A DNA stretch of 64,000 nucleotides from Steroidobacteraceae bacterium (GCA_035625615.1 DASPPI010000056.1:2208-66207); one strand, 5' to 3'. Positions 19,832 to 32,326 are shown, counted from the stretch's first letter. Program-made: numbers and translations. Notes: generated by a model from the letters alone, not told the origin.

Positions 19832-20790
19832 CAAGCAGAGGCCGCCGCGCGCGGCGCCGACATATCGACGTAGTCGAGCCAGCCCCACTTGTCGGCGGTC
19901 TTGCCGGAGAACAGCCCGAAGAAGGCATTCTGCAGCGTCTCGGTGATCGGGCCGCGCCTGCCGGTGCCGACCGGGATGCGATCGGCGGAGCGGATCGCGG
20001 TGATCTCGACCGCGGTGCCGGTGAAGAAGGCCTCGTCCGCGAGGTACAGGAGCTCCCGCGGCAGCGCGCACTCGCGCACCTCGATGCCGCGCTCGCGCGC
20101 GAGCCGTATGACGGTGTCGCGCGTGAGCCCGCCCAGCACCGAGTGGGCGAGCGCGGGGGTGAGCAGCACGCCGTCCTTCACCAGGAACAGGTTCTCGCCC
20201 GAGCCTTCGCTCAGCAGGCCGTCGCTCGAGAGCCCGATGCCCTCGGCGAATCCGAGCCGCCGCGCCTCGGAGCCGATCAGCTGGCTGGAGAGATAGTTCC
20301 CGCCTGCCTTGGCGAGCGCGGGCAGTGTGTTGGGGGCGACGCGGCTCCAGGAGGAGACGCAGACGTCGACGCCGGCGTCCTCACCCTCGTGGCCGAGGTA
20401 CTTGCCCCACTCCCAGGCCGCCACCGCGACCTCGGTCGGCGGCTCGTTCTTCGGCGTGACGCCGATCTCGCCGTAGCCCTTGAAGACCACCGGGCGGATG
20501 TAGGCGCCGCGGCGCAGCGCATTGGCGGAGATCACCTGGCGGCAGGCCTCGTTGAGGGCTTCCGGCGAGAAGGGCATGTGAATGCGGTAGATCTTCGCCG
20601 AGTCGAACAGGCGCTGCGTGTGATCGCGCAGGCGGAAGACGGCGACGCCGCCGGGAGTCTCGTAGGCCCGCACGCCTTCGAACACCGACGAGCCGTAATG
20701 CAGGGCGTGGGTCAGCACGTGCACGGTGGCCTTCTCCCAGGGCACCAGCTTGCCGTTGAACCAGATGAATTGCGTGGCGGGAATCGGCAT
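19831..20790 (-). CDS. ilvE: Branched-chain amino acid aminotransferase
   Basis: 319 aa, fold-type IV aminotransferase: [34 protein letters not shown]. Confidence 0.85.
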   Translation of the reverse strand: MPIPATQFIWFNGKLVPWEKATVHVLTHALHYGSSVFEGVRAYETPGGVAVFRLRDHTQRLFDSAKIYRIHMPFSPEALNEACRQVISANALRRGAYIRPVVFKGYGEIGVTPKNEPPTEVAVAAWEWGKYLGHEGEDAGVDVCVSSWSRVAPNTLPALAKAGGNYLSSQLIGSEARRLGFAEGIGLSSDGLLSEGSGENLFLVKDGVLLTPALAHSVLGGLTRDTVIRLARERGIEVRECALPRELLYLADEAFFTGTAVEITAIRSADRIPVGTGRRGPITETLQNAFFGLFSGKTADKWGWLDYVDMSAPRAAASA

Positions 20791-20799
20791 GCAGTCTCC

Positions 20800-22365
20800 T
20801 TAAGCGGATGAAGCGGCCGCGCGCTGCTCGCGCGTGCGCGCACCGGCCTGCGCCAGCTCGATGCGATTGATCACCTCGAGGAACGCCCGCGTACCGGACT
20901 CGACGATATTGGTGCTCACGCTGGCGCCCCGGTAACTCTTGTGATTGTACTCCACGTACACCCGTGCCTCGCCCTGCGCATCCTCGCCCTCGGAAACGGC
21001 GTGCACCTCGAATTTGCGCAGCACCACGGCGATGCCGGTGGCCGCCTCGATCGCCTTGAAGGACGCATCCACCGGGCCGTCGCCGGTGGCGGTGCGCTCG
21101 ACCACGCGGCCGTCGCTGTGTCGCAGCAGTACGTAGGCGCGTGCCGTGCCGCCGCTCTTCGCCTCGGTGGTGAGCTCGGCGAGCTGCCAGGGTCCGGCCG
21201 CCGTACCTTCGGCACGCAGCACCAGCGCCTCGATGTCGCCGTCGAACAGCTCCTTCTTCTTGTCGGCGAGCGCCTTGAATTCCTCGAACACGCGATTGAG
21301 CTCGAGCTCGTCGAGCTCGAAGCCGAGCGCCGCGACGCGCTCGCGGAAGGCGTGGCGGCCGCTGTGCTTGCCGAGCACCAGGTGGCTGCGCGCCAGGCCC
21401 ACGTCCTCCGGGCGCAGGATTTCGTAGGTGGAGTGATGCTTGAGCATGCCGTGCTGGTGGATGCCGCTCTCGTGCGCGAAGGCGTTCTCGCCCACCACCG
21501 CCTTGTTACGCGGGATCGGCATGCCGGTGATGCTGGCGATGAGCCGCGAGGTGGGGTAGAGGCGGTTGGTGTGAATGCCGGTGCTGACGTTGAAGAACGC
21601 GGCACGCGTCTTCAGCGCCATCACCACCTCCTCGAGCGAGCAGTTGCCGGCACGCTCGCCGATGCCGTTGATGGTGCACTCGATCTGCCGCGCACCGGCC
21701 ACCACTGCCGTGAGGCTGTTGGCCACCGCCATCCCCAGGTCATCGTGACAGTGCACCGAGAGTCGCACGCCGTCGATGCCGCGCACGTTCTTGCGCAGGT
21801 AGCGAAACAGCTCGGCGAACTCGTCCGGCACGGTGTAGCCGACCGTGTCGGGGATGTTCACCGTGGTCGCCCCGGCGCCGATCGCGACCTCGACCACTTG
21901 GGCGAGAAATTCGAGCTCGGTGCGCGAGGCGTCCTCGGGCGAGAACTCGACGTCCTCGCACAGCTCGCGCGCGCGCGCCACGCCGGCCGCGGCGAGCCGC
22001 AGGATCTCCTCTTGTGCCATGTTGAGCTTGTACTGGCGGTGGATCGCACTGGTGGCGAGAAACACGTGAATGCGGCGATGGGCTGCGGGGGCCAGCGCCC
22101 GGGCCGCCAGCTGGATGTCCTCGGGATTGCAGCGCGCCAGGCCGCACACCACCGGGCCGTGCACCTCGCGCGCCACCGCCGTCACGCTCTCGAAGTCCCC
22201 GTGCGAGGCCGCCGGGAAGCCCGCCTCGATCACGTCCACGCCGAGCTCGGCCAGCGCGCGCGCCACGCGCAGCTTCTCGGGCGCCGTCATGCTGCAGCCG
22301 GGGGACTGCTCGCCGTCGCGCAGCGTGGTATCGAAGATCAGTACTCGGTCGGGATTGGCGATCAT
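20800..22365 (-). CDS. leuA: 2-isopropylmalate synthase
   Basis: [16 protein letters not shown]...[14 protein letters not shown], plus a C-terminal LeuA dimer/regulatory domain; 521 aa. Confidence 0.9.
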   Translation of the reverse strand: MIANPDRVLIFDTTLRDGEQSPGCSMTAPEKLRVARALAELGVDVIEAGFPAASHGDFESVTAVAREVHGPVVCGLARCNPEDIQLAARALAPAAHRRIHVFLATSAIHRQYKLNMAQEEILRLAAAGVARARELCEDVEFSPEDASRTELEFLAQVVEVAIGAGATTVNIPDTVGYTVPDEFAELFRYLRKNVRGIDGVRLSVHCHDDLGMAVANSLTAVVAGARQIECTINGIGERAGNCSLEEVVMALKTRAAFFNVSTGIHTNRLYPTSRLIASITGMPIPRNKAVVGENAFAHESGIHQHGMLKHHSTYEILRPEDVGLARSHLVLGKHSGRHAFRERVAALGFELDELELNRVFEEFKALADKKKELFDGDIEALVLRAEGTAAGPWQLAELTTEAKSGGTARAYVLLRHSDGRVVERTATGDGPVDASFKAIEAATGIAVVLRKFEVHAVSEGEDAQGEARVYVEYNHKSYRGASVSTNIVESGTRAFLEVINRIELAQAGARTREQRAAASSA

Positions 22366-22404
22366 GGGTGGTCCTCGGAATCTGGCCTGCAGCAGGCAGG
22401 CATG

Positions 22405-23400
<996 letters not shown>

Positions 23401-23442
23401 CGGTCACTCCTCGAGGCGTCGCGCCCCCGCCCCGTTCTCACG

Positions 23443-23480
23443 CACAAAAAACCCCGCAGCGGCGTTTGCCGGTGCGGGGG
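23443..23480 (-). terminator. Attenuator terminator of the ilvC-leuA-ilvE-leuCDB operon
   Basis: The minus-strand RNA reads CCCCGCACCGGC-AAAC-GCCGCUGCGGGG followed by UUUUUUG. It sits about 40 nt upstream of the ilvC start and downstream of the leader ORF. Confidence 0.75.
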
Positions 23481-23513
23481 TTTGGTATCTGGCTTGCGCT
23501 CGGGCCTGGTTGA

Positions 23514-23642
23514 TCAGGCGCTCGCGAGTGCCCCGCACCGCGCTCCGCTGGGGAGCAGCAGCACGGGCAGGACGAGCAGCAGCGGCGGGCGCCGCGCCGC
23601 GGGCGCCGCGCCTGGGAGGGCCGTTATCGTGCTGATCGTCAT
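23514..23642 (-). CDS. Putative ilv-leu leader peptide (42 aa)
   Basis: I translated it by hand as MTISTITALPGAAPAARRPPLLLVLPVLLLPSGARCGALASA. It has 7 Leu and 2 Val in 10 consecutive codons, plus Ile/Thr at the N-terminus. It is positioned upstream of a terminator with an alternative pairing segment. The SD is weak. Confidence 0.6.
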   Translation of the reverse strand: MTISTITALPGAAPAARRPPLLLVLPVLLLPSGARCGALASA

Positions 23643-23736
23643 GGCTGCGAGCAAAACCTGATGGTGGATAGGAGCATACCGGTGCCGACATTGTCAATGA
23701 ATTCAAGGTCCCCAAGGCGCGGCACAGCGATTAAGC

Positions 23737-25047
23737 TTGTCCATTGTGCCGGAAAGTCCAGCCGTCAGACCGAGTAGCCTCGCGGAGGGCATTTTTCGCC
23801 GCGAGATCCTGCCCTGGGGCCTGGTAGGCATCCCTCTCGGGCTGGTGGAGGGGGCGACCGCCGCGGTACTCGTGAAGCAGCACTTCGGCGCGGTGGCTCC
23901 CGCCTTTGCGGTCAACCTGGCGGTGGCGCTGGTGTCGGGCGCCCCGGCGTTCTCCAATGTGCTGAGCTTCGTGTGGGCCAACATCGCGCACGGGCGGGCA
24001 CGCGTGCAGCTGATGGTGGCGCTGCAGGCCGCGTTCGCGCTGCTGGTCGGCTGCGTGTCATTCGCCTCGCGCGCCGCCGGGGGACTGGCGCTCACCGTGC
24101 TGTCGATCATCGCCGCCCGGGTCGTATGGGCGGGCGTGCTCACCGTGCGCGCGGCGGTCTGGAGCGCGAACTACCCACGCAACGTACTGGCGCGCATCAC
24201 CGGGCGGATCGTCATCGTGAACTCGATCGCGGTGGCCACCTCGGCGAGTCTGGTCGGCTGGGCACTCGAGGCGCGCGCCATCGATGCGCGCTGGCTGTAC
24301 GGATTGGGGGCGATCTCGGGGCTGTGCGGGGCGTGGCTGTACCGCGCGATGCGCGTGCGGCGCCAATTCCGGCTGTTGGCCGCGGAGGCCGCGAGCGCCG
24401 CTCAGAGCGAGCCCTTCAGCCCGCGCATGCTGACGCAGATCCTCAGGGAGGATCCGGCCTACCGCGAGTACATGCTGTGGATGGGCGTGTTCGGTGGCGG
24501 CACGCTCATGCTGACCGCGCAGCTCGTGCTGCTGTTCTCGGAGCAGCTGCACCTCAGCAGCGCCATGCAGATCGGGCTGCTCGCGGTCGTGCCGCTCATC
24601 ACCCAGCCGATCTTCCTGCCGTGGTGGGCGCGGCTGTTTGACGGCACTCACGTGGTACGCTACCGCTCGCGCCAGGGCTGGGCGATCGTGCTGGCGAGCG
24701 CCGCCATGAGCGCGGGGGTATTCAGCGCAGCGCCCGTGCTGCTGTGGGTGGGCGCCGTCCTGCTCGGCGCCGCGCAGGCTGGTGCTAATCTAGGCTGGAA
24801 TCTCGGTCACAACGATTTTGCCTCCCTCGGCCGCGCGCAGCACTACATGGGCGTGCACGTCACGCTCACCGGCCTGCGCGGCGGCGTGGCGCCGCCGGTC
24901 GGCGTGCTCGTGTACATGGGCCTGGAAGGGTGGCGCCGCGGGGCCGGGGAATTCGCGCTGCTGCTGCCGCTTGCCATGACGGCTGCCGGCGCGCTCGGCT
25001 TCAGTCGTATGCAAGTGGCGCTGGCGAGGAAGGAGCATGGGGCGTAA
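23737..25047 (+). CDS. MFS-type multi-pass membrane transporter, substrate unknown
   Basis: 436 aa with about 12 hydrophobic segments and a central charged loop ([24 protein letters not shown]). It has a TTG start and its 3' end overlaps the ilvD start by 11 nt. Confidence 0.55.
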   Translation: MSIVPESPAVRPSSLAEGIFRREILPWGLVGIPLGLVEGATAAVLVKQHFGAVAPAFAVNLAVALVSGAPAFSNVLSFVWANIAHGRARVQLMVALQAAFALLVGCVSFASRAAGGLALTVLSIIAARVVWAGVLTVRAAVWSANYPRNVLARITGRIVIVNSIAVATSASLVGWALEARAIDARWLYGLGAISGLCGAWLYRAMRVRRQFRLLAAEAASAAQSEPFSPRMLTQILREDPAYREYMLWMGVFGGGTLMLTAQLVLLFSEQLHLSSAMQIGLLAVVPLITQPIFLPWWARLFDGTHVVRYRSRQGWAIVLASAAMSAGVFSAAPVLLWVGAVLLGAAQAGANLGWNLGHNDFASLGRAQHYMGVHVTLTGLRGGVAPPVGVLVYMGLEGWRRGAGEFALLLPLAMTAAGALGFSRMQVALARKEHGA

Positions 25048-26746
25048 CAAGAAGAGCGTCGATCCGCGCCGCTACTCGCGCGTGGTGGTCGACGGGATGA
25101 AGCAGGCGCCCTCGCGCGCCATGCTGCGAGCGGTGGGGTTTCGCGACGAGGACTTCGCCAAGCCGCAGATCGGGGTGGCTTCCACTTGGGGAAACCTCAC
25201 CCCGTGCAACATGCACATCGGCGAGCTCGCCCGCGAGGCCTGCGCCGGCGTCGACGCAGCGGGCGGCAAGAGCGTGCTCTTCAATACCATCACCGTGTCG
25301 GACGGCATCTCCATGGGAACCCCGGGGATGCGCTACTCGCTGGTCTCGCGCGAGATCATCGCCGACTCGATCGAGACGGTCGTGGGCGCCGAGGGATTCG
25401 ACGGCTTCGTCGCCATCGGCGGCTGCGACAAGAACATGCCCGGCTGCGCGATGGCGATGGCGCGGCTCAACCGCCCGGCAGTGTTCGTGTACGGGGGCAC
25501 CATTCGTCCGGGACCCAAACGCCGCGACATCATCTCGGTTTTCGAGGCCGTCGGTGCCCATGCCGCCGGCACGCTCTCGGAAGAAGGGCTGCTCGAGGTC
25601 GAACGCACCGCCATACCCGGTCCAGGCAGCTGCGGCGGGATGTACACCGCCAACACCATGGCCTCGGCGATCGAGGCCTTGGGCTTGTCCTTGCCGGGGA
25701 GCTCCGCGCAGGACGCCGTTGGCGAGGACAAGCGCTCGGACTGCCGCCGCGCGGGCGAAGCGGTCGTGCGACTGGTACGCGAGGGCTTGAAGCCGCGCGA
25801 CATCTTGACACGCCGTGCGTTCGAAAATGCCATTACCGTTGTGATTGCCCTCGGGGGCTCGACCAACGCGGTCCTGCACCTGCTCGCGATCGCCCACGAT
25901 GCCCGCGTGCGCCTCACCCTCGATGACTTCACCCGCATCGGACGGCGCGTGCCGGTGCTTGCCGACCTAAGGCCGAGCGGCCGCTACTTTATGTCGGATC
26001 TGGTCGCGATCGGCGGCATCCAGCCCCTCATGAGAATGCTGCTCGCTGGGGGGCTGTTGCATCCGGACTGCCTCACGGTCACGGGCCGCACCTTACAGGA
26101 AAATCTCGAAAACGTTCCGATGTATATGAGTGGACAGGATATTGTTCACCCGCTCGCCGCGCCACTGAAGAAGGACTCGCATCTGGTGGTGCTCTACGGC
26201 AACGTCGCACCGCAGGGCGCGATCGCCAAGATCACCGGCAAGGAGGGCGAGCGGTTCACGGGCCGGGCGCGCGTATTCGAGGGCGAAGAGCGCGCCACGC
26301 AGGCGATCCTCGCCGGGCGCGTGCGTCCCGGGGATGTGGTCGTGATCCGCGGAGAAGGTCCGCGCGGCGGGCCCGGCATGCGCGAGATGCTCAGCCCCAC
26401 CAGCGCCATCTCCGGGCGCGGTCTCGGCGACAAGGTCGCGCTGATCACCGACGGCCGCTTCTCCGGGGGCAGCCACGGTTTCGTGGTCGGCCATGTCTGC
26501 CCGGAAGCCGCAGTCGGCGGCCCGATCGGGCTGCTGCGCACCGGGGACCGCATCAGCATCGATGCCGTGCAGCGGGAAATCCGGGTCGAGCTTTCGGCCG
26601 CGGAGCTGCGCCGCCGCCGCCACGCGTGGCGGCCTGCGAGGCCGTATGCGCTGAGCGGCGCGCTCGCCAAGTACGCGCGGCTCGTGGGCAGCGCCTCGCA
26701 GGGAGCCGTGACTGAGGCGATACAGTCACGTCGGAGCACTTCTTGA
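25037..26746 (+). CDS. ilvD: Dihydroxy-acid dehydratase
   Basis: [10 protein letters not shown]...CDKNMPG...[12 protein letters not shown]...TDGRFSGGS are IlvD/Edd family motifs; the product is 569 aa. Confidence 0.9.
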   Translation: MGRNKKSVDPRRYSRVVVDGMKQAPSRAMLRAVGFRDEDFAKPQIGVASTWGNLTPCNMHIGELAREACAGVDAAGGKSVLFNTITVSDGISMGTPGMRYSLVSREIIADSIETVVGAEGFDGFVAIGGCDKNMPGCAMAMARLNRPAVFVYGGTIRPGPKRRDIISVFEAVGAHAAGTLSEEGLLEVERTAIPGPGSCGGMYTANTMASAIEALGLSLPGSSAQDAVGEDKRSDCRRAGEAVVRLVREGLKPRDILTRRAFENAITVVIALGGSTNAVLHLLAIAHDARVRLTLDDFTRIGRRVPVLADLRPSGRYFMSDLVAIGGIQPLMRMLLAGGLLHPDCLTVTGRTLQENLENVPMYMSGQDIVHPLAAPLKKDSHLVVLYGNVAPQGAIAKITGKEGERFTGRARVFEGEERATQAILAGRVRPGDVVVIRGEGPRGGPGMREMLSPTSAISGRGLGDKVALITDGRFSGGSHGFVVGHVCPEAAVGGPIGLLRTGDRISIDAVQREIRVELSAAELRRRRHAWRPARPYALSGALAKYARLVGSASQGAVTEAIQSRRSTS

Positions 26747-26987
26747 GGCCGCGCCGGAGTTGTCAGTGCACACCGGCAGCGGGTAGAGTTCGGCCTGCAT
26801 TCGGCGCTGCGCGCAAGCTGCGAGCCCTCGGGGGGGATTTACGAAGACTGATGCGCCCATCGGCCCGAATGCCTGGCGCGTTTTATGGTGATGTGAGGAG
26901 CCCGGCAGGCGGGGCTCCGGGTCCGAAGACACTGAGCTGCCGTTCACCGGCTGGTGTGTGCTCCGAGATGCTCACGATAAACAACTC

Positions 26988-27626
26988 ATGATTGCCTTAG
27001 AACACGATTCGCAATTCTTCACCCGGCGCACGGTGGTGCTGTTCATCATCATCGGACTGCACGTTTTCATCTTCTGGGCACTGGCCACCGGTCTCGCGCG
27101 CAAGGCGATCGAAGTGCTTGCGCCGCCGATCCAGACGGACATCGTCGAGGAAGTGGTGAAGAAAAACGAGCCGCCGCCGCCGCCGCCGCCGGAGTTCCAG
27201 AAGCCGCCGGTCGAGGTGCCGCCGCCGGAAGTCACCATCGACCTGCCGGTGGAAACCGCGCAGACCACGGCGATCACCAATGTGACCACCAAGCACGTCG
27301 AAGCGCCGCCGCCAGCGCCAAAGGCGGCGTCTGTCAAGGTCGGCCCCAAGCCGGGCAAGGGCTTTCCCAACACCGAGGACTACTACCCGGCGGCTTCCAA
27401 GCGCTTGGGCGAGGAGGGCGCTGCCGTGGTGCGCGCGTGCGTCGGCCCGAACGGCAAGCTCACCGAAGACCCGAAGCTCGAGACGAGCTCCGGCAGCGCG
27501 CGCCTCGATGAGGGCGCGATCAACCTCGCCAAGGCGGGCTCCGGGCGCTACCAGCCGGCCACCGAGGATGGCAAGCCGATCACGGACTGCTTCACGTTCC
27601 GGATCCGTTTCCAGATGACCAGGTAA
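26988..27626 (+). CDS. tonB: Energy transducer TonB
   Basis: It has an N-terminal TM segment, a Pro-rich spacer (EPPPPPPPEFQKPPVEVPPPE) and a C-terminal TonB domain. ATG 26988 is preferred over GTG 26958. Confidence 0.8.
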   Translation: MIALEHDSQFFTRRTVVLFIIIGLHVFIFWALATGLARKAIEVLAPPIQTDIVEEVVKKNEPPPPPPPEFQKPPVEVPPPEVTIDLPVETAQTTAITNVTTKHVEAPPPAPKAASVKVGPKPGKGFPNTEDYYPAASKRLGEEGAAVVRACVGPNGKLTEDPKLETSSGSARLDEGAINLAKAGSGRYQPATEDGKPITDCFTFRIRFQMTR

Positions 27627-27681
27627 TCATTTGATCCAGACGCCGCGCGGCCGCGCGCGGCTTTTCGTTTCGAGGAAAACC

Positions 27682-28419
27682 ATGGAAAACCAAGCCACCA
27701 CCACCGTCTCGAACCCCTACGGCCTCCAGGCCCTCTGGTTGGGCGGCGACATCATCGCGCGCTCCGTGCTCGTCCTGCTGCTCATCATGTCGCTCGCCTC
27801 CTGGTACGTGATGCTCACCAAGCTGTGGGATCAGCGCAAGCTCAAGCAGTCGGCGCGCGTCGTCGAGAAGCAGTTCTGGACCGCACCTTCGGTCAAGGAC
27901 GGCGTCGACCGCCTGAAGAAGGGTGATGAGTTCCGCGGCATCGCCGAGGATGGCCTGCGGGCCGCCTCCCATCACGACGGTCGGCTCACCGACCGCATCG
28001 ACCTGAACGAGTGGATCACCATGACGCTGCAGCGCTCCACCGACCAGGTGAACGGCAAGCTGAGCATGGGCCTGGGACTGCTCGCCACGGTCGGCTCGAC
28101 CGCGCCGTTCGTGGGCCTGTTCGGCACGGTGTGGGGCATTCTGAACGCGCTCGTGAGCATCGGCATCGCCGGCCAGGCGAGCATCGATAAGGTGGCAGGT
28201 CCCGTCGGTGAGGCGCTCATCATGACCGCTATCGGCCTGTTCGTGGCGGTGCCGGCGGTGATGGGCTACAACTGGCTCCTGGGCCGCAACCGCCTGCTAC
28301 AGGAAGCGCTGCGCAACTTCGCGAGCGACCTGCAAGCCTATCTGGTGGGTGGGGCGCGCATGGAGGTCGGTGGCGCGCGTCCGGCCGCCGCCAAGGCCGC
28401 ACCGCTGCCGAAGCAGTGA
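27682..28419 (+). CDS. exbB: MotA/TolQ/ExbB proton channel protein
   Basis: It has three TM segments and the conserved LATVGSTAPFVGLFGTVWGI motif. The ATG at 27682 follows GAGGAAAA. Confidence 0.85.
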   Translation: MENQATTTVSNPYGLQALWLGGDIIARSVLVLLLIMSLASWYVMLTKLWDQRKLKQSARVVEKQFWTAPSVKDGVDRLKKGDEFRGIAEDGLRAASHHDGRLTDRIDLNEWITMTLQRSTDQVNGKLSMGLGLLATVGSTAPFVGLFGTVWGILNALVSIGIAGQASIDKVAGPVGEALIMTAIGLFVAVPAVMGYNWLLGRNRLLQEALRNFASDLQAYLVGGARMEVGGARPAAAKAAPLPKQ

Positions 28420-28512
28420 TCGAGCGCAGAGTCGACCGGTCGCGCGGGGTGGCACGCGGCGTCCGGTGTGCAGGCCATCCGGTGCGCTTGTGGAATGCAG
28501 TGAGGACCTAAC

Positions 28513-28944
<432 letters not shown>

Positions 28945-28968
28945 AGCCCTCATTCAGGAGCAACTGCC

Positions 28969-29394
28969 ATGTCAATACCGGTCGGTGGCGCTTCAGGGGC
29001 GACCTTCTGCGACATCAACACGACGCCACTGATCGACGTCATGCTGGTGCTGCTGGTCACGCTGATCGTGACGCTGCCCATCATGACCCACGCGGTCAAG
29101 CTCGACATGCCCAACGTGAGCAACCCGCCGCCGCCGCCGCCGACACCCCCCGAGGTCATCGACCTGGAGATCGATTACGACGGCACGGTGGTATGGAATG
29201 GTACGCCGGTGAAGGACATGGACACGCTCGAGGGCTATTTCCATGCCGAGACCGACAAGGTGCCGCAACCGGAGATTCACCTGCGTCCCGACCGGCGGGC
29301 GAAATATGACATCGTCGCCAGGGTTCTGGCGGGGGCGCAGCGCAATCACATGAAGAAGATCGGCTTCGTCAACGTGGCTGAGTTCAAGGACTAA
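28969..29394 (+). CDS. exbD: ExbD/TolR biopolymer transport protein (copy 2)
   Basis: INTTPLIDVMLVLLVTLIVT; the product is 141 aa and is paralogous to the preceding gene. Confidence 0.85.
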   Translation: MSIPVGGASGATFCDINTTPLIDVMLVLLVTLIVTLPIMTHAVKLDMPNVSNPPPPPPTPPEVIDLEIDYDGTVVWNGTPVKDMDTLEGYFHAETDKVPQPEIHLRPDRRAKYDIVARVLAGAQRNHMKKIGFVNVAEFKD

Positions 29395-29420
29395 ACCTCA
29401 ACGTCATGCGAAATCACATC

Positions 29421-30755
29421 ATGAAGGTCAGATACCTGCGGGCGCTCACCGTCGGCGCCGTCATTGTGATCGGCGCCGCGCTGCTGCCGGGAGTCGCGCT
29501 GCTGGCGGCGGAGAAGTCGGAAAACAAGCAGCCGAGCGCCAAGCTGCAGAAGCCCCTGCACGACGCCCAGGAGGACCTGAAGGCGAAGAAGTACGCCGAG
29601 GCGATCAGCAAGCTCAAGGCGGCCGAGGGCATGGAAGGCAAGACGCCCTACGACCAGCACATCATCAACGACTTCCTCGCCTTCGCGTACATCAAGACCA
29701 ACAACTACGCCGATGCGGCCAAGGCGATCGAGGGCGAGCTCGACGACGGATTCACGCCGCAGGCCGACATGCCGCAGAAGGTCAAGGAGCTGACCGAAAT
29801 CAACTATCAGATCAAGAACTACGACAAGGCGATCGAGTTCGGCAACCGCGCGATCAAGGGCGGCTTCGCCGACGAGCAGATCCGCACCATCGTGGGGCAG
29901 TCCTATTACCTCAAGGGCGACTGGAAGGGGACGCTGAAGTTCGAGGAGGCGGCGGTCGAGAGTCAGGTCAAAGCGGGCGAAACGCCGAAGAAGCAGACGC
30001 TCGAGCTGATCCTGAGCGCCTGCGTCAAGATGAACGATTCGGCCTGCGAGACCAAGGCGCTCGAGCGCATGGTCACCTACTATCCGCAGCCCGACTACTG
30101 GTACCAGCTGCTGTACAGCCTGCGGCAGCAGACCTCCGGGAACGATGCCGACACGTTGCAGACCTACCGGCTGATGTCGGAGGTCGACGTCCTGAAGACC
30201 GCCGACGACTACAGCGAGATGGCGCAGCTTGCCCTCGAGGCGGGATCGCCGGGCGAGGCGCAGCGGATTCTCGAGAAGGGCTTCGCCAAGAACGTCTTCA
30301 CCGAGCAGCGTCAGAAGGAGCGCAACCAGCGCCTGCTCGAGAGCGCCAAGAAGGCCGCGGCGACCGATCAGGCGTCGCTCGCGAAGGTCGAGCACGAGGC
30401 GGAAGCCGCTCCCACCGGACAGAAGGACGTCGGAGTAGGGCTGGCCTACCTCGGGTACGGGCAATATGACAAGGCGGTCGATCTCCTGTCCAAGGGACTG
30501 GCCAAGGGCGGCGTGAAGGACGAGGCGCAGGCGCAGCTGCTGCTCGGCATCGCGCAGCTGAAGGCGGGTCACAAGGACGAGGCGGTGAAGGCGTTCAAGG
30601 CCGTCAAGGGCGATGCCAATCTCGAGCGTCTTGCGAGCCTCTGGACGCTGCACGCAGGGCAGCCGAGTGGCGCGGCCGTGACTCAGTCCGAGAAGCCCAA
30701 AAAGGGGACGAAGGTCAGTCAAGCTCAGAAGGCAGCACGCGCACACGGTGCCTGA
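29421..30755 (+). CDS. Secreted tetratricopeptide-repeat protein associated with the TonB cluster
   Basis: It has a signal peptide (MKVRYLRALTVGAVIVIGAALLPGVALLAA) and multiple TPR-like helical repeats (YAEAISKLKAAEG, YDKAIEFGNRAIK, YDKAVDLLSKGLAKG). It starts 27 nt after exbD2. Confidence 0.65.
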   Translation: MKVRYLRALTVGAVIVIGAALLPGVALLAAEKSENKQPSAKLQKPLHDAQEDLKAKKYAEAISKLKAAEGMEGKTPYDQHIINDFLAFAYIKTNNYADAAKAIEGELDDGFTPQADMPQKVKELTEINYQIKNYDKAIEFGNRAIKGGFADEQIRTIVGQSYYLKGDWKGTLKFEEAAVESQVKAGETPKKQTLELILSACVKMNDSACETKALERMVTYYPQPDYWYQLLYSLRQQTSGNDADTLQTYRLMSEVDVLKTADDYSEMAQLALEAGSPGEAQRILEKGFAKNVFTEQRQKERNQRLLESAKKAAATDQASLAKVEHEAEAAPTGQKDVGVGLAYLGYGQYDKAVDLLSKGLAKGGVKDEAQAQLLLGIAQLKAGHKDEAVKAFKAVKGDANLERLASLWTLHAGQPSGAAVTQSEKPKKGTKVSQAQKAARAHGA

Positions 30756-30774
30756 GCTGAGATAAGGAGGCAGG

Positions 30775-31257
30775 ATGGCCATCAAGGCAGGCGAGCGCAT
30801 GCCCGCGGGCACGTTCAAGCGCATGACCAGGGAAGGTCCGAAGGACCTCAGCACGGACGAGCTCTTCAAGGGCAAGCTGGTGGTGCTGTTCTCGGTGCCC
30901 GGGGCGTTCACCCCGACCTGCGATGCCAAGCACCTGCCGGGCTTCGTGCAGCTCGCCGATCAGCTCCACGCCCGGGGCGTCGACACCATCGCCTGCATGG
31001 CCGTGAACGACGTGTTCGTCATGAACGCCTGGGGCAAGGCCTCCGGCGTCGGCGACAAGATCCTGATGCTCGCCGACGGCAACGGCGACTACGCCCGGGC
31101 GCTCGGCCTCGAGCTCGATGCCAGCAAGTTCGGCATGGGCACGCGCGGGCAGCGCTTCGCGCTGATCGTGCGCGACGCGGTCGCCACGCATGTCGACGTC
31201 GAGGCGCCCGGACAGTTCAAGGTATCCGCGGCCGAGTACGTGCTCGGGCAGCTGTAA
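30775..31257 (+). CDS. Peroxiredoxin (Prx5-like)
   Basis: GKLVVLFSVPGAFTPTCDAKHLPGF contains the peroxidatic Cys motif; the product is 160 aa. There is a strong AAGGAGG RBS. Confidence 0.85.
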   Translation: MAIKAGERMPAGTFKRMTREGPKDLSTDELFKGKLVVLFSVPGAFTPTCDAKHLPGFVQLADQLHARGVDTIACMAVNDVFVMNAWGKASGVGDKILMLADGNGDYARALGLELDASKFGMGTRGQRFALIVRDAVATHVDVEAPGQFKVSAAEYVLGQL

Positions 31258-31381
31258 GCAGGCTATAAGCGGCCCGCCTAAGCGATCTTTTCGCCGGCAA
31301 GAACCACGCTCTTTGCCGGCGTGTGCGAGCGGAGCCAGGGGGTTGGCCTGCCGGAACGGCCGCAGGCCGTTTCGGCCAATT

Positions 31382-32326
31382 TCATGAGATGAGCCGCTCG
31401 ATCTCCGGCACGATCTGAAACAGGTCGCCGACGAGGCCAATATCGGCCACCTCGAAGATCGGTGCCTCGCTGTCCTTGTTGATGGCGACGATGGTGCGCG
31501 CATCCTTGATGCCGGTCAGATGCTGGATGGCCCCGGAGATTCCGATCGCCAGGTACAGCTCCGGCGCGATGATCTTGCCGGTCTGTCCCACCTGCATCTC
31601 GTTGGGCGCATAGCCGGCGTCGACCGCCGCCCGTGAAGCTCCGACGGCGGCACCGAGCTTGTCGGCGAGGCTGTAAAGGATCTTGAAGCCGTCGGCGCTG
31701 CCGAGCGCGCGGCCGCCGGAGACGACGCGCGCGGCGGTCTGCAAGTCCGGACGATCGGTTCTCGCCGCCGAGACCGAGATGAACCGCGTGTGGGTCGGAA
31801 GCGGCACATCGACCGCGGCTTTCTCGACCGGCGCCGAGCCGCCGCCGGCGGCCGCCTCGAAGGAGGCGGTGCGCACCGTGCCGACCACCTTGTCCGCTGC
31901 GCTCGTCTCGACGGTCAGAATGGCGTTGCCCGCGTAAATCGGGCGGCGAAACCGCGTCGGGCTCTCGATGGCCATGATGTCGCTCACCTGCGGCGCATCG
32001 AGCAGCCCCGCGATCCGGGCCATGAGGTCCTTGCCGAAGGTCGTCGAGGGGCCGAGCAGGTGAGTGAACGGTCCGGCGAGCGCCACCACTTGCGGCGCCA
32101 GCACTGCGGCGAGCGCGTGCGCGTTGGCCGGATTCGCCACCGCGAGCACGCGGCTCACACCGGCGAGCTGCGCCGCCTGCGCCGCGACCGCGTCTGCCAC
32201 CGCGGCGCACACCACCACGGTAATCTCCGCGCCGGCCAGCCCGCGCGCGCAGGTGACGCACTTCGCGGTGCTGAGATTGAGCTTGGCGCCGTCGTGCTCG
32301 GCGACGATCAGGATCTTAGCAGTCAC
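31382..32326 (-). CDS. etfA: Electron transfer flavoprotein alpha subunit
   Basis: The C-terminus [31 protein letters not shown] is an EtfA hallmark. The GTG start overlaps the etfB stop (GTGA). Confidence 0.85.
   Translation of the reverse strand: MTAKILIVAEHDGAKLNLSTAKCVTCARGLAGAEITVVVCAAVADAVAAQAAQLAGVSRVLAVANPANAHALAAVLAPQVVALAGPFTHLLGPSTTFGKDLMARIAGLLDAPQVSDIMAIESPTRFRRPIYAGNAILTVETSAADKVVGTVRTASFEAAAGGGSAPVEKAAVDVPLPTHTRFISVSAARTDRPDLQTAARVVSGGRALGSADGFKILYSLADKLGAAVGASRAAVDAGYAPNEMQVGQTGKIIAPELYLAIGISGAIQHLTGIKDARTIVAINKDSEAPIFEVADIGLVGDLFQIVPEIERLIS

Noticed and set aside
23643-23736. A sigma70 promoter for the ilv-leu leader. A perfect TTGACA lies on the minus strand at 23692-23697.
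   Set aside because: No acceptable -10 hexamer is found at 16-18 bp spacing; the best candidate is TCCTAT, which lacks the critical A at -11. It was therefore not reported as a feature.
26960-27010. A Fur box at the tonB start (GATAAACAACTCATGATTG).
   Set aside because: Only the first five bases of this stretch match the 19-bp Fur consensus GATAATGATAATCATTATC in the register I tried, and the site overlaps the likely start codon. The support is insufficient.
31292-31321. The hairpin CGCCGGCAAG...CTTTGCCGGCG between the convergent peroxiredoxin and etfA genes, considered as a bidirectional terminator.
   Set aside because: The stem is good, but no U-tract follows on either strand. It is possibly a Rho-independent-like structure, but it is too uncertain to annotate.
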